Notes: generated by a model not told the origin, from the letters alone. A DNA stretch of 64,000 nucleotides from Chrysomallon squamiferum (GCA_012295275.1 CM022676.1:496001-560000), one strand, 5' to 3'. Counted from the stretch's first letter, positions 25,151-64,000 are shown. Translations and numbers: made by a program.

Positions 25151-26989
25151 CTGTAATTCGATTTTATTTTATTATTTGTTTTTAATTTTAAAACCTATTC
25201 GACGACTGCAAAACTCGGTGCCAAACGTGTCGTGGTCGTTAGGTTGTTTGGAAATGTAAACAAAATAATAAAACGCAGTAAATGAAGTAGCAAATTCAAT
25301 CCAATATATTTTTTATTTATTCCTATTTGTGCGCGAACAGACCCCGATCACCTATACACTTTTCAAAAATCAAACGTTTAACATAAATTGATGTTCTTAA
25401 TGAGTAATTTATTTTACATACTTTGAAAAATAGTGTACCTGTTTATATATATAAGGAAAAACAATGGTGTATATGTTAATATATATATTTTTTTCTTCTA
25501 TTAATTCATTTCCTATTTCTGTGCATGTGTGTGTCAATTTCATAACATCTGTTTACGTCTCCCAGATGAACGTATCAGATATTAAACTGACAACAGCTCC
25601 TGCAACCTTTGATCTAAAATAGCACGTTCGATATTTACAGAGGAAGTTGTTCAGACAATGGTGATATGCCAGTGAATATCACGATAACCTCATCCTTTAA
25701 TATATTTTTTTTCTGTCAAACAGCAAATTAAATGTGAGTCACACAGTGAAATCTAAATTATCTCGTTTTTGATAATCTGTATGTTGTCGCAGGTGCAACA
25801 CAATTTTGAAAGCGGCCGCCTTTTCGACGACTGCAAAACTCAGTGCCCAACGCGTCTTGGTCGTTCTGTCGTTTGACATGAAACAAAATTGTACAAAGAA
25901 GTGAACAAATATCATTGATTGATTAATTAATTAATTAATTCATTCATTATTTGTTCTCTTCTTTACATACATTGTTTCTCACTATTTCCTATCTCGAATC
26001 AGTACGAAAGTAAAGTTGTGATCTGCTTGTTTTTAGAAATAAATAGAATATAATTCAACTTTGTATTAATTAACATATATTTTTCAGTTTTAACAGTTCA
26101 GTAATAGGACATATATTTTCTAGGTTGTAGATATAAATAGATGAAATATGAACCATAAATTCGATTATCAAAGGGGCCGGCTCAGAAATAAGAAACCAAA
26201 CTCGATAAGAAACAGATCACATCAACAATGACCTTGAATGAAACACTGTTGACACAAAATAACAGATCACATCACACTGAATAGTTAAATTCCTCATCAT
26301 TTCAATTTAGTAAAACAAAATGTTTATTCTTTTAATAATTTGTTTATATTTATTTATTTATATTCTTTATTTTTATTTTAATATTTATTATTATTATTAA
26401 TGTTTTACTGTAGATAAGGACACATATTAAACATAGATACAAATCGTTTATGCCTATACACGTGTGTTTGTGTGTATGTACGAATGAATGAATGTATGTA
26501 TGATTTTATGCATGATACACACACACACATATATATCTGTATATATATATATATACGTATGTGTGTGTATTCGTATGCATGTATGTATGTGTATATATGC
26601 ATGTGTGAATGTGAGTAAAGTCTATAAGAATATTTATGGTAATTATCATATTATAAATTGCTGAAAAATTATTTGAAAAATGTGGTCAATGTGCCATTTT
26701 CTCAGTCTGGTGCTGTTTTTACGTTTTTGTCGCGTACACACACAGTGCAGAACACTGCAATACATGAACTTAAGATCCTGGCTATTATTCCCAGCGGGTC
26801 ATTAAGCCGACCTAAAACATCAGCTTTTCTCTGCAGTAATTTCACTGATATCAGACATTCTATACGCAGAAAACAGTAAATTAACATCATTGAAAATAGC
26901 GTGTGAGTCAGGAAATGTTGTCATGGGAACACTGAAACATTTACAATAAACAGAAATGTATCCTTTCACTGAAGGCAGAAAAAACAAGA

Positions 26990-28035
26990 TACAACATATA
27001 ACAAACATAAAACAGACATTTTAAAAAAATACAAATATAACAAAAATAAAACAGAAATTATTAAAAAATACATATAATATAACAAACATAAAACAGACAT
27101 TATTAAAAAATACAACATATAACAAACATAAAACAAATATTAAAAAATACAACATATAATAAACATAAAAAAGACATTATTAAAAAATACAACATATAAC
27201 AAATATAAAACAGACATTATTAAAAAATACAACATATAACAAATATAAAACAGACATTATTAAAAATATAACATATAACAAACATAAAATAGACTATTAA
27301 AAAATACAACATATTACAAACATAAAATAGACATTATTAAAAATACAACATATAACAAACATAAAATAGACTATTAAAAAATACAACATATTACAAACAT
27401 AAAATAGACATTATTAAAAATACAACATATAACAAACATAAAAAAGACTATTAAAAAATACAACATATAACAAACATAAAATAGACATTATTAAAAATAC
27501 AACATATAACAAACATAAAAAAGACATTATTAAAAATACAACATATTACAAACATAAAATAGACATTATTAAAAAATACAACATATAACAAACATAAAAT
27601 AGACATTATTAAAAAATACAACATATTACAAACATAAAATAGACTATTAAAAAATACAACAATAACAAACATAAAACAAATATTAAAAAACAAACATAAA
27701 ATAAAAAGACATTATTAAAAAATACAACATATAACAAACATAAAACAGACATTATTAAAAATACAACATATAACAAATATAAAACAGACATTATTAAAAA
27801 TATAACATATAACAAACATAAAATAGACTATTAAAAAATACAACATATTACAAACATAAAATAGACATTATTAAAAATACAACATATAACAAACATAAAA
27901 TAGACTATTAAAAAATACAACATATTACAAACATAAAATAGACATTATTAAAAAATACAACATATAACAAACATAAAATAGACTATTAAAAAATACAACA
28001 TATAACAAACATAAAACAGATTATTAAAAAATACA
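26990..28035. repeat. ~39-41-bp A-rich minisatellite, about 25 copies
   Basis: Unit aaaatacaacatataacaaacataaaatagacattatt. Confidence 0.95.
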
Positions 28036-29267
28036 TCCATGCCTTGGGGTCAATTAGCTACACTAAAAAAGTTTAAGAAAAAAATATGACCTTCTAACTA
28101 GAACAACAACAACAGTGATGTTAATGATGATGATGATGATGATGATAATAATAAGATAATGATGATGAAGAAGAAGAACAATAAAATACTGATATATGTA
28201 CATCATTTAATTATAATCACTTAAAGCTGTTTTATTACTGTTTAAGTCTTTCCAAATGACAGATTCCTGTTTAAAGTATTTTTAATGTATCTGTGTAACT
28301 TCTATTGTTAGAAAGAATCGTCTGCTCATGAAAACGTGACTGAAGTCATTTATCTTACAAGTCATCTTTCTTCCGTTCTTAAGTGTCTCTTAAAAGTCAG
28401 ATAAAAATTATAAATAAACCATGCTTATTTATTTATTTATTTGGTTGTACTTCGTATTTTTTATGTTTTCTTTTATTCTTTAGCGAAGTACTAGTGATAT
28501 ATCTCAAGAATGAACAATATAAAAAATTTCAAATTATAATAAAATATGACTCAGGTTCATTCCCCAGAAAAGTAAAAACAAAATTTCAACATGACCATCT
28601 TGAATTTCAGCCGTTTTACAACAATGCACTAACATTACATAAACAGCAGTTGCGTATTTTAAATCATAAAAAAGTGTGAAACAATATAATAAAAAATGAC
28701 CAACTGATTACTATGTTATCAGGTTTAAAAAAGTGACAGTCAAAGTGTCAAAGGTCTAGGTCTAATAACATTAAGTATTTTAAGATTTAAGTTAGTTATT
28801 CCAAATAGGAAGATTTTAGTTAATTTGCAAGATTTCGCCTGTGAATGTTTTGTTGGCATAGCCTTAGCTATTATTTAATTCACGATCCTCATAATCCCTT
28901 ACCTCACTGATTTCCAATTTTAAATGAAATGAACAACAATGCAGAGAAATGGTGTGACTAATAAATTCAAACAAGTACGTGTTCTTGCAACTGTGCTACG
29001 ATTTGTTTTTTAAAACAAATGTAAAAAGCTTCGGTTTGTCGAATGAGTAATAGAGTTAATCGAGAATTTGCTCTGTATATGTATATGTGTTTTTATTTTA
29101 TTTATTATTTTTCTTATCATTCAATATTTAACTTATAATAACTATACACAAAATAATATAACATACCTGAAACGACTATAACTATAGCACGTAAATAAAT
29201 ACAAATATATGAGTGTCTCTCTATCTATCTGTATTTCTGAATATATGTATGTAATGTATATCGTATT

Positions 29268-29587
<320 letters not shown>

Positions 29588-29709
29588 ATTATAATAATAC
29601 AGAAACTGTAGACCTGAAAAAGAAAATGTTTATGTTGGTGATATATTCTAGATACATGCTGAAAATTACAAGGCTAACACAAACGTTTTTTTATTAGTGG
29701 TATTTTCGG

Positions 29710-29754
<45 letters not shown>

Positions 29755-29809
29755 TACTTATTTAGTTATTTATCTCTCGACATTTTCAAGAAGAAAAAAA
29801 TGATAGTAT

Positions 29810-32670
29810 CTTTTCTGCAGTTTTTAGGAAGTTTTCTTATTTATTAAAAATCACATATTTTGTAATGCTTGTTTATTTAAAGTTTAAATACTGTCCAGAT
29901 TTAAACTATTTTTTATTACTTTTATTGAAAATTCATTTACAAACTACCACACTGCGAGATTACTTTATTTGTACGTTTTTTATCTGTATGTGAAGGAGCA
30001 CTGCGGTTTACACCGGGTCAGTCGAGATAACACGTAGTTAAACACACAAATCAGGACGTAAATTAGACTAGTTGCGTTTGACGGAGACAAACTCGTCTGT
30101 TCAGTTTTTAGATGAGAAATGTTTTTCTTTTCATACATATGGATTGTTTTACTTGTTACACCTACAGTCGTTTCAGGTATGTCATATTATGTTTTAATAA
30201 TTATATTAAAACAATATATAATCCTTTCTTTATCTGATAAAATGAGAATATTGTTTTCTATTTATTTGAATTTCTATGCATTATTATTTTTATTTTACAA
30301 TTAATATATGCAAAGGATCTTAATACGTCTTCTTCTTCTTCTTCCAGAAAACATTTTCATGTAATTATTTGGATACCTGGATTATTATCGGATTAAAAAA
30401 AAGAAAAGAAATGAAAATATATTATTATTGTTGATTTTGGTTTCTTCATCTTCTTTCAATGTTGATAAATGTAAATAATTTCATATGTTTACATGTGTGC
30501 GCAGATATTGTATTAACCATGAATCTGTCGGATCATTCTAAATACAACCGTTTGTGTGTCTCGATTTTTATTTGACGTACATAACAAACAAACTCATCTG
30601 ATATACTGGCTTTCTTAGCATCGCCAAGGAACTATGTACAACAGAAATATTTGAAGATTTAAACAAAATTTTCATATTATCTTTAAGTATGCTGTCTTGT
30701 TTCGTCTGACAAGTCTTAAAATGCGCATAGAAAAAAAAAGAAAGCAAAGGTGCAAATTAATTAAAATTAATTAAAATTAATCTGTAATTATGTGAAACCT
30801 ACATAATTATTTTACATGTAACACAGTTAAATTCAGGATGTAAATATAAAATATAAAAGTATTCATCACTCGTTTTAATAAGTTTAACAGAAAAGACACA
30901 AATCTACTTCACAAGTAAATACCTGTATTGCTCGTTTAAACAGTCGATACTTTCTAATATAATTATTTCATGTCTGACACGTCAGACTGTTTAGGAATTG
31001 CCAACCAGTAAGATATAAATTTACCATACAATGTAGCCAGTTAAATTCACAGAGCTCGGTTATAAAATAAAACTGTAAATGACCACAATATATTTTATTT
31101 TTACTTTAGAGTAATTTTATCATTATCATTATCATTAATTACCAGAAAAAGCATTCAGATAATTATTTGGATACCTGCATTATTATAGGGTTAACAAAAG
31201 GATAGAAAATAAAAGAAAACTTATTATTGTTATTGTTGATTTCTTCATCTTCTTACAATGCTGACACATTTAAACAATATTGTATCTATGCGCAGACGCT
31301 GTATTAACAATGAATTTGTCAGATCGCTGTAAGTAACCTCTGAGACACACGAATTTATTCTAACAAACACTGAATTGCTATACTAGTCTTTGCCACAGAA
31401 CTATGCACAACGAAAATATTTGGAAAAATAAGCAAACATTTCATATTATCTTTAAGTATGCTGTCATGTTTCGACTGATAGGGAAACAAGAATTGACAGG
31501 TGTAAATTAATTAAAATTAATCGGTAATGATCTGTATACCTACATAATTATTTTACCTGCATAGCAGTTAAATACAGGATGAACAATCCATATGAAATAT
31601 AAATACATTTATAATTCCTTGTTTTAATAAGTTGTAACTGAAACATCAAAAATCTATTTCACAAGTACATTCTGTAGGCTGTTAGATGGACAGTGACTGA
31701 GATTAGTAATTATAAACTGACACGGTAATTTATTGTGTGATTGTAAAATATTAACCTCATCCACTAGATACATAGCTCATCAAACACCGCGTACAACAAA
31801 ACAAGATTATCTGTGGTCTGGGGAAACCTAATTTAAAATGCAGAATCAGAAGCTGAATCCTAATTAAATACGGAATCGGAAACGGGAGAATCCAAATAAT
31901 TATTTTAATATATTAGGTTAACACACTCAGAGGATGCAGATATCAGCTGTCAGTGTCAGTTTACATGTGACTTTTTATTTTATTTTATTTTATTTTATTT
32001 ACTGTTCATCAGTAACTAAATGTATATAACAGCTGTCACAAAATTTCTTTTGTATTTTTAATGTTGTGACATTTTCTTTATTTGTTTATCAGTAACGATA
32101 CGTGTAGCTATTTTAAAAAAAAGTATCGTATAGGTAACACATTTGTTTATATAAATTGAAATACAACTTAACTTCAGCTTTAGGACAGTGATAATATATA
32201 CTGATTAATACATATTATTTAACAGGCTGTTTCCTAATTATATCTGTAAGTTGTTTCTGATGCCCCACGATGTAACAACGCTGTTTTTCCAATCCATGAG
32301 CATTTGTCTTCCACAAAATAACAAACAGTTCGGACTTACAGCTGTCAACTGATATTAAATTAGCTACTTATCGAATCCACAAATATATTAAAACGAATCC
32401 CAATATTCAAAACAAAATAATTAGGCAATGATGGAGCGATGCTGCGTAGCGGATTGCTACACGTTAAGACTGTGCGATAGTTTCTTTTCGTAAATAATAT
32501 GAGACAATTTAATTCATGTTGTTGATAAAGGCAAAAAAATATTTAAAAAATATTTTTATTCCCAGAAAAAAATGTGCATTGATATTATGCGGCGACCATC
32601 TAAAGTGCATGATATGTCTATAAAGTATTGCTTTCATTTCTTTATCAGTTGATTCTTAGCAAAGATACCT
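29810..32670 (+). pseudogene. Collapsed duplicate of the SRCR gene: intact promoter and signal exon, remainder largely deleted
   Basis: 29810-30195 matches 39760-40130; signal exon 30119-30176 (MFFFSYIWIVLLVTPTVVS); 31924-31953 HSEDADISCQ|gtcagt matches the SRCR exon end at 61267-61297; 32430-32670 matches SRCR intron about 53150-53395. Confidence 0.8.
30345..31670. repeat. Diverged tandem duplication (about 30345-30930 and 31143-31670)
   Basis: Collinear shared blocks such as taattatttggatacctg, tcatattatctttaagtatgctgtc, cctacataattattttac. Confidence 0.85.
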
Positions 32671-32869
32671 CCGTATCTAATTACATTTCTGTTTTTCTTC
32701 ATATTTTAGAAAAAAGGTATGTTGTATTATTACCCTTGTTGTTTTTGTTGTTGTTGTTGTTTTTATTATTATTTTTATAATAATAGTAATAACAACAACA
32801 ATAATAGCACTAAAAGGTGTCAGTTCAACCGATAAATCTTCAAAAAAGCATCCAACATAACGATTGTGC

Positions 32870-34786
32870 AACCAGTTTGTTAACCGAACAATTTAAATTA
32901 AATAAGTTGTCAGACATCTTTATAACACACCGATACTAGTTCGCCACCATCCCCTTTATCATCGACATTTTGTTTTCTTAATTTCCTTCACTGATACTTA
33001 CTCCTTAACAGAAGTTTGGCGGATGTTATAATTCATAATCACATACATTTCTTTGTTGTTACTAACTCGTTAAAAGAAGTTTGGTGTATGTAGTAATTCA
33101 TAATATCAGAAATTCGTTATAGTAATATATCGGCGTTTAACAGTTTTTAATTATTAATAAATAAACTAATCCTGAAAACATTTCGTATGCTCGGCCTAGT
33201 TAGCCAGTGTATGAATACAAACAATATTGCTGGTTAAAAAGAAAAGAAAAAAAAAGAACAAACAGAATTATAATTAGCTTTTCGTCGTCTTTATTATTCC
33301 GGTTAACATTTTCAAAAGCATGAATAACCATTTGGACTGATGAATCATCTTTGTCATATTCCATTTCAAATTAATAATTGATTTTAACAATAATTATAAA
33401 TACGTTTTCCATCAATACAGACGAAAAAAAAAAAAGTCCTTCAGTGTTATGATTTTAATGCAGAAGGTGCTAGTTACAGTCCAGTATGGTACGACAATGC
33501 AGAGGAAGATGACAATGTGATTGCAAAGAACTGACACACTGTGATCAACATCAGTTACAAATGAATTAACTGTTCTTTTTTGCTTTATATTGTTATTTAT
33601 TTATTTATTTATTTATTTATAATGCTATAAAATGTTTAAAAAATAAAAGTTACTTGAGGAAAATTCAAGTACGAATGTTTTATGGCTATAAATGGATTAA
33701 TGTCAGTTTAAAGTAAATTAATGGCAGACAGAAATCAGTGCTTTGCACCTACTATAAATCAGTATAAAACAATTTTATGAAAATATGAAAACTGACTTGA
33801 ATTTTACTATTAAAACAAATTAAAGACTAGCAGAAACACAATTAATAAATGTAGTAATCAATAATTTTTCAACATTATTAACACTTTTCTCTCTCTTTGT
33901 AAAGATCAGTGATAATCTGCTGCAGCAAGTTGTGTAAAGTTTATATTAAACACTTCTCACTGTATGGAGTTTTCTGTGCAAAGTTTTCTGTTTAGATAAG
34001 GGATCTTCAACCTGTCTATATTTACGTATGCAGATACAGATAAATTTAGCATGAATTCAGTGTTTTCGGGGGATGGATGATAACTGCTTTGTTCTTATGA
34101 TTATTAGTGATTACAGTTTATTTTTTATGATTCTCTGTATTAATTTGCGTTAGCTGTTTAAATATATTCAAACTCGGTGACTGTACTTGTATGTAGAAAA
34201 AGTCACACACTATTTTACTTGACAATCTTTAATCACAGTTTTACAGATGTTTCACAACCATGTTCAGTGCATTATCAGATGACTGTAAACACTGAGAAAC
34301 AAATGAGCTGTTAATCTGAAACACTGAAATCAAATAAAATGTTCACAAAAACCCACAACAAAAAACAATAACATAAAGACAAATAAATTATGTTAACAAC
34401 GCTGTATGTTAAAGACCCTGTGTGTGTGTGTGTGTGTGCTAACTCTAACATATGCATACATCAATAGTATGAATGTGGTTAATGACACTGATATTATAAT
34501 ATTAAAAGCAAAAAAAAAAAACCGAAAAACTTTGCAAGTTGTTTTTAAAACATATTTCTAACATATTTTGTTTTCTTTTCTGAGATAAAATTAATTAGTG
34601 TAAAGGTATTCTGCACATAGTTGTAATTAAACATTTTTAATTTGATATATATTATTTTAAAACAAATGATGAAAAGAAGTAACTGAAATATCAGAAAAAT
34701 AAGTCCAACCGAAATAAATCGCGCATTCATCAGTTTCTAATTCAATCGATCTGTTAATAATACACTTTGTTAATTTTTTAGTTTTA

Positions 34787-34820
<34 letters not shown>

Positions 34821-35760
34821 TATTTATTTATATATTTACTTCCTATTTGATGCGCATGCATGAATGAACCGTTACCAAATATCATTTTAATATCGATTAG
34901 GCAAGAAAATGTTTGTTCTTAAGAGGTAATTAAATTTACCGATTTTGGAATAATAGCTTATATGTACAGATAAAACAATAAGGTACATGTTCAAATTAGA
35001 TAATTAATTTGTTTTTAATTTATTATTTTTTAATATATTTGTGTACATAGGCGCATGCGCTAACAAACAGATGCCATTATCCCTTTACAAAAAAAAAAAG
35101 AGTTTAACATAAATTGATGTTGTTATTAATAAATAATTTATTCTACCTACTTTGAAAAATAGTGTATATATATAAAAAAAAAAAACAAAAGTGAATAACT
35201 ATTTTTTTTTCTTCTGTTAATTCATTTCCTATTTCTGTGCATGTGTGTGTGTCAATTTCATAACATCTGTTTAATGCCGACGTCTCCCAGATGAACGTGT
35301 CAGATATTAAGCTCGTGCAACCTTTGATCTAAAATACTTATCAGATATGCCGCTTTTCATACCACGTTCGATATTTACAGAGGAAGTTGTTCGGACAACG
35401 GTGATATGCCAGTGAATATTATGATAACCTCATCCTTTAATATTTTTTTTTCTGTCAAACAGCAAATTAAATGTGAGTCCCACAGTGAAATCGAAATTAT
35501 CTCGTTTCTGATAATCCGTATGTTGTCGCAGGTGCAACACAATTTTGAAAGCGGCCGCCTTTTCGACGACTGCAAAACTCATTTCATTAACTTTGTATTT
35601 GTATTAATTAACAGTTATTTTTCAAGTTGTTAAGTGTTAGTTCAGTAATAGGACATATTCTTTCTAGGATGTAGATATAAACTACAAGTACACTAGACTC
35701 ATTATCTGGAAAGATATGATGAACAATGGCTATTATCAACAGGGGCCGTCTCAGAAATAA
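32870..35760 (+). pseudogene. Collapsed duplicate of gene C: 5' intron fragment, terminal exon, 3'UTR and downstream flank
   Basis: 32870-33215 matches about 17130-17420; 33459-33987 nearly identical to 21911-22435; collinear on to about 35760 versus 26190, without the hAT insertion. Confidence 0.85.
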
Positions 35761-36279
35761 GAAATGAAACTAACTGTACTTTTGTTAGAATAGAGTGTGC
35801 GTTACAGGACCGGCTTCAAGACAAATTGGTTTGCAAACAATATTAAAACGTGAATTTTTGTTTAGCATTAACAAAACATGAAGCTGTATATATCAATTAT
35901 GCGGAGCCCATACAAAAAACGAGGATCAAAAAGTAGTTTCGAATTTTAAGTGCTTAATTTCTCCAACTTTCCCCGATATCTCACCTCCGAACTTACACGA
36001 TTTCTAAACAAAAGTAGATTTTCATTTCATAATAATTGTTTTGCTTGAAAACATGTATAGTAATATATCATTTAATCGTTTTAAGGGAATGCTAATCACA
36101 TTTACACAGTGAAAAAATCTACAGAAAAATCCAACATGATGGTAGATTAGCCAGTTTTGCCACAAATAACCCTGTTTCAAATACATTTACTGTCTTTTGG
36201 CAGTGAAGTATTACATTTCTTAGGTCCAAAGTGCGTCTATTTTTGGATGCGAAATAATCACGATGACATACAAGATAGA

Positions 36280-36415
36280 ATAAGTGTTGATAAAGTTCAC
36301 CCAGATGTTTACGAAACAACTGATAAACTGAAAACAGTATATAAGTAAACAGTAATAAGTGTTGACAAAGTTCACCCAGATGTTTACGAAACAACTGATA
36401 AACTGAAAACAGTAT
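36280..36415. repeat. Two-copy direct repeat of about 60 bp
   Basis: ataagtgttga(t/c)aaagttcacccagatgtttacgaaacaactgataaactgaaaacagtat twice. Confidence 0.9.
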
Positions 36416-36663
36416 GTCACACATCCACAAAACAAAATGAAAAATAAAAAATAAAAAATAAATATCAACGTGAGACAAACTAGAATAGGTATAAAGTCTA
36501 AACATTAGATGAAAATGTTAGATAAATACTATGTTCTGATGTAGTCAATAATGTGAAGATAAATAAATATATATGTATACACACACATGTATACATGCAT
36601 ATTAATAGCAACAACAACAACAATATTATAAACAACAACAACAACAACGACAATAACAATAAC

Positions 36664-36727
<64 letters not shown>

Positions 36728-37491
36728 TAAAAAAAATGAAAAAAAAATGGAATCTAATAATGCTGTCATTGACAAAAATATATATGAAAACGTTGATTTT
36801 GTAATCGCATATCAAATACAAGTGAAAGGAACTGGAGGTTCGTATTTCGTGTAAACGAATATATTTGTGAATTTAAGGACGAACAATTAAATAAGTATGG
36901 CATCTATAAATTGGTGCATTATTTCTACATGAAAAATTAGCACGTCACAAACATTTACTATAAGATCTCTTCTTGATTTTGATTTCTTCAGAGTACTCAG
37001 TAGTTTTGACAGTGTTCATGAAATCGTTTAAGTAGTCTTTTTAACTTGATCAGCCACATATCCAAAGCTGATCCAAATGTTTTGACAACCATATAATATT
37101 ATGCAAACTGATCAAAGAAATTAACATGTGTAATATGCCATCCTTTGTATCTATAGAAAATTATATATGTGAGGTTATAAGAGACCACTGCTGGAGAAAT
37201 AAGTTCACAACAGTCACGATGTTTACCAAAGCTAGCTGGAGCTTTTAGAAGCAAAAGGGAGATCTCCAGTGAGCAAGTAGAAAAATATGTAGCTGATTCT
37301 AATACAGACAAGTCCAGATAGAAGTATGTTAGGCGAGGGACATTTCACTTTCAGTCTCTAAGTCCAGTGACATTCTCTGACTGTCGAAAGACTGCAGCTA
37401 ACTTCCAAACAACATTTATGCTGCTAATTTCAGAATCCCTTAAAACTTAATTAGATATATACAGGTTTTAACAGAATACAAAAAAAAAAAG

Positions 37492-37530
<39 letters not shown>

Positions 37531-37531
<1 letters not shown>

Positions 37532-38908
37532 TCTCCCATAAAAGAAACGCAAAATGGTTGATTTGTTAGATAACTATTGTAAACTGACACATATTAATGT
37601 ACTAACCCTAAATATAATGACATTTGGTGATTCAAACGTATAGCTTTTGTTACATTCGCCAAAAAGCAGGTAACACAGAACAAAGGCTATGATCGTGTTT
37701 ATTAGCCAAAACGTCCCCGCATGTAAACCACGTTACCGGTGCATGTGCATGTGCGGCACATGAAACTTGAATACGAGGGTTATAAAAATGCAAGGTTTTC
37801 GAAAACTTCTGTTCGTTGTTTTTGTTCTGACCCAACATCAAACAAATGCCACGACTGAGTGAACCGCAACGAAACAACGCCATCGGCCGTTTACAAGATG
37901 GCGAATCCTTCTCGGCCGTTGTCCGGGTGTTCCATGTATCCCCAAGCACCATCTTGTGACTGTGGTATGGGTTCCAGCAACACCAAACAACACGTGACCG
38001 TCCCAGATCAGGTAGACTACGTGTAACCACCAGGGCCCAGGACTGCTACATACGGGTACTTCATCTACGGGAAAGAACACCACGCCTACCTCTACTGCTT
38101 CAGCAACACCAGGTCTGTGTAGAATATCGGCTCAGACAGTGCGCAGTCGTTTACGTGAGGCAGGTATTCGCGCCAGGCGTTGTGTAAGAAGTGTGGTTTT
38201 GACTCAACAACATCGTCGACTACGACGTCAGTGGTGTCAACTGCACAGAGTCTGGCCTCAGTTACGATGGAGAAGTGTCTGGTATAGAGACGATGCTCGA
38301 TTTCCTCTTCGTCGAGCTGATGGAGGATGTCAAGTTTACAGACGTCGTGGTGAACGTTTTGCTGCAAACTGCATACAGGAAGGGGACAGATTGGACGGTG
38401 GTAGTGTTATGGTGTGGTCAGCAATCTCATACACTGGCAGCACCAACCTGGTTCACATCCAAGGCAATTTAACGGCACAGAGATACCGAGATTAAATTTT
38501 GCAGCCACATGTCGCTCCAATTATGAATAATGGCAACGCTGGATTTGAACCCTACCGAGCATTTATGGGACGAGTTGGATAGACGACTGAGGCAGCATCA
38601 ACCACAGTTACAGAATCGTGCTCAGTTGGGATTATTACTACAGACAGAGTGGGCCACCATTCCACAAGGTGAAACTCGTAATGTCATTACTGCCATGGGA
38701 AGATGTCAGGCAGTTCCCATGGTGGGCACACAAGGTATTGATATTATACTGTTATAACTTTGAACTTTAACCTTTTCAATGTAATACCATCAATATTAAT
38801 AAATTGCGAAAGTGTGTGTAAATGTGAAGATTCTGCTGCTTTCTGTTGTTCCATTAGATTTTCCCAATGTCAATGGAATCTACTTTTGCGTTTCTTTTTT
38901 TGGGAGAG
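37531..38908 (+). mobile_element. Tc1/mariner transposon, defective
   Basis: TA-flanked TIRs tctcccataaaagaaacgcaaaa ... ttttgcgtttctttttttgggaga; transposase from about 37846 (MPRLSEPQRNNAIGRLQ...), GGSVMVW, DLNPTEHLWDEL; stops, frameshifts and deletion of part of the catalytic core. Confidence 0.92.
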
Positions 38909-39677
38909 TATATATACATATATATTAATAAAATATGTTGTCTGAAACTTTACGTGGGTGTGCGACATTAAATTTTATAATGGTGACACGATTTAGAATT
39001 ACCAAATTAAGAAAATAAATATGGCTTGAAAGTGTACTGAAGAAAAGTCAGATATAAATTTCAAAGTGTCAGTTAGATTGTTTTGACTTATACAACTTTT
39101 GTCACATTATAATTTATAGTGAAAAAATACTCCGAAAATCACTGAAATACAGTTTACAACTACAAATGAATAGGGTACACTAAGATAGCAGAAAATATTA
39201 GATTCAAAGTCACGAGTATCACACTGACCTTGAACTGAAACACTGACACTTTTTCCATGATACAATGTCCACACGACAACAAGTCACATCAGACTGAATA
39301 TTTAAATTCCTCATAATTTCAGTTTAGCAAAACAAAAATTATTTTATTTTATCTTATTTTATTTTATTTTACTTTCTTTACTTATTTATATGTTTAAAAA
39401 AACAACAACTAGGGCCCATAATAATCATTTCCTTAGTATATGCATACGTATAAGTGGATTATGCATATACATATATAAGTGTGTGTGAGTGTACGAATAT
39501 ATATATATATATAAACATAATATATATGAATGTCCAAATAATTTGAATGTCCATAAAAAAAAATAATTTAAAAAATTTTTTTTTTTGTTGTTTTGCTTAT
39601 TATTTTATTTTTTTTTTTTTGTTGTTATTATTATTATTATTTTTATTATTATTATTGTTATTATTATCATGATCATC

Positions 39678-39737
<60 letters not shown>

Positions 39738-40061
39738 TACTGACTGATCATCTCTCATCCAGGTTTTAGAAGGTTTACTTCTTTATCTAAAACAATCATA
39801 TTTTGTATTACTTGTTTATTTAAAGTTTAAATACTGTCCAGATTTAAGTTATTTTTATTAAATTTTTTTGAAAATTAATTTACATACTACCACACTGCGA
39901 GGTTACTCTATTTGTACGTTTCTTTATCTGTATGTGAAGGAGCACTGCGGTTACACAGGGTCAGTCGAGATAACACGTAGTTAAACACACAAATCAGGAC
40001 GTAAATTAGACTAGTTGCGTTTGACGGAGACAAACTCGTCTGTTCAGTTTCTAGATGAGAA

Positions 40062-63777
<23,716 letters not shown>

Positions 63778-64000
63778 GTAAGTAGTGATATATAGAATTA
63801 GTAAATTAATGATAACAAATCATTAAAAATTGACCAGTCTATGAGATCTAACAAAACAATTCAGAAGAATTCTGTTAATCAGGTCGTAATGTTTGTCGTT
63901 GTAATTGTGTGACATCCTGATGGTTCATAACAGAAAAGGAGCATTACAGCTGTTAATAGTTACAGGACAGACGGAAAATGTAGTTCCGATTTCAAACTCG

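Noticed and set aside
26658-27008. Short overlapping ORFs beside the minisatellite
   Set aside because: Stops in all frames and no recognisable motif.
36119-36505. 128-aa minus-strand ORF
   Set aside because: Partly a local duplication; no recognisable family or partner exons.
37195-37450. Resemblance to a ZP-domain C-terminus (SRC...RSKR...) as in DMBT1
   Set aside because: The inverted second copy does not keep RSKR and a different frame is better conserved; more likely a decayed repeat.

Overview
AT-rich, microsatellite-rich animal genomic DNA (intron/exon genes, Tc1, Tigger and hAT remnants; probably an invertebrate, taxon not determinable from sequence alone). The window is a putative immune-receptor cluster. 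(1) Gene A (minus strand, 3256 to beyond position 1) encodes a signal peptide plus Ig domains with hydrophobic tail(s). (2) Genes B (minus, 15226-5580) and C (plus, 17759-21986) are head-to-head paralogous type-I IgSF receptors. Their distal Ig exons are about 81% identical in protein while the proximal Ig exons are about 45% identical and the cytoplasmic tails are unrelated. Both carry a tandem array built from the same exon-end plus splice donor. (3) A tandem segmental duplication decayed in complementary fashion, leaving an orphan SRCR promoter/signal exon (30119) upstream of an orphan gene C terminal exon (33464); the two can be joined in frame. (4) A multi-SRCR (group A) gene runs from 40062 off the window end, with 12 domains in a period-3 cassette. 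Each domain is split into phase-uniform half-domain exons, and three B-half exons carry 1-nt deletions near their 5' ends. All gene models were assembled by hand from GT-AG sites and phase and lack transcript support; identities were counted by eye.
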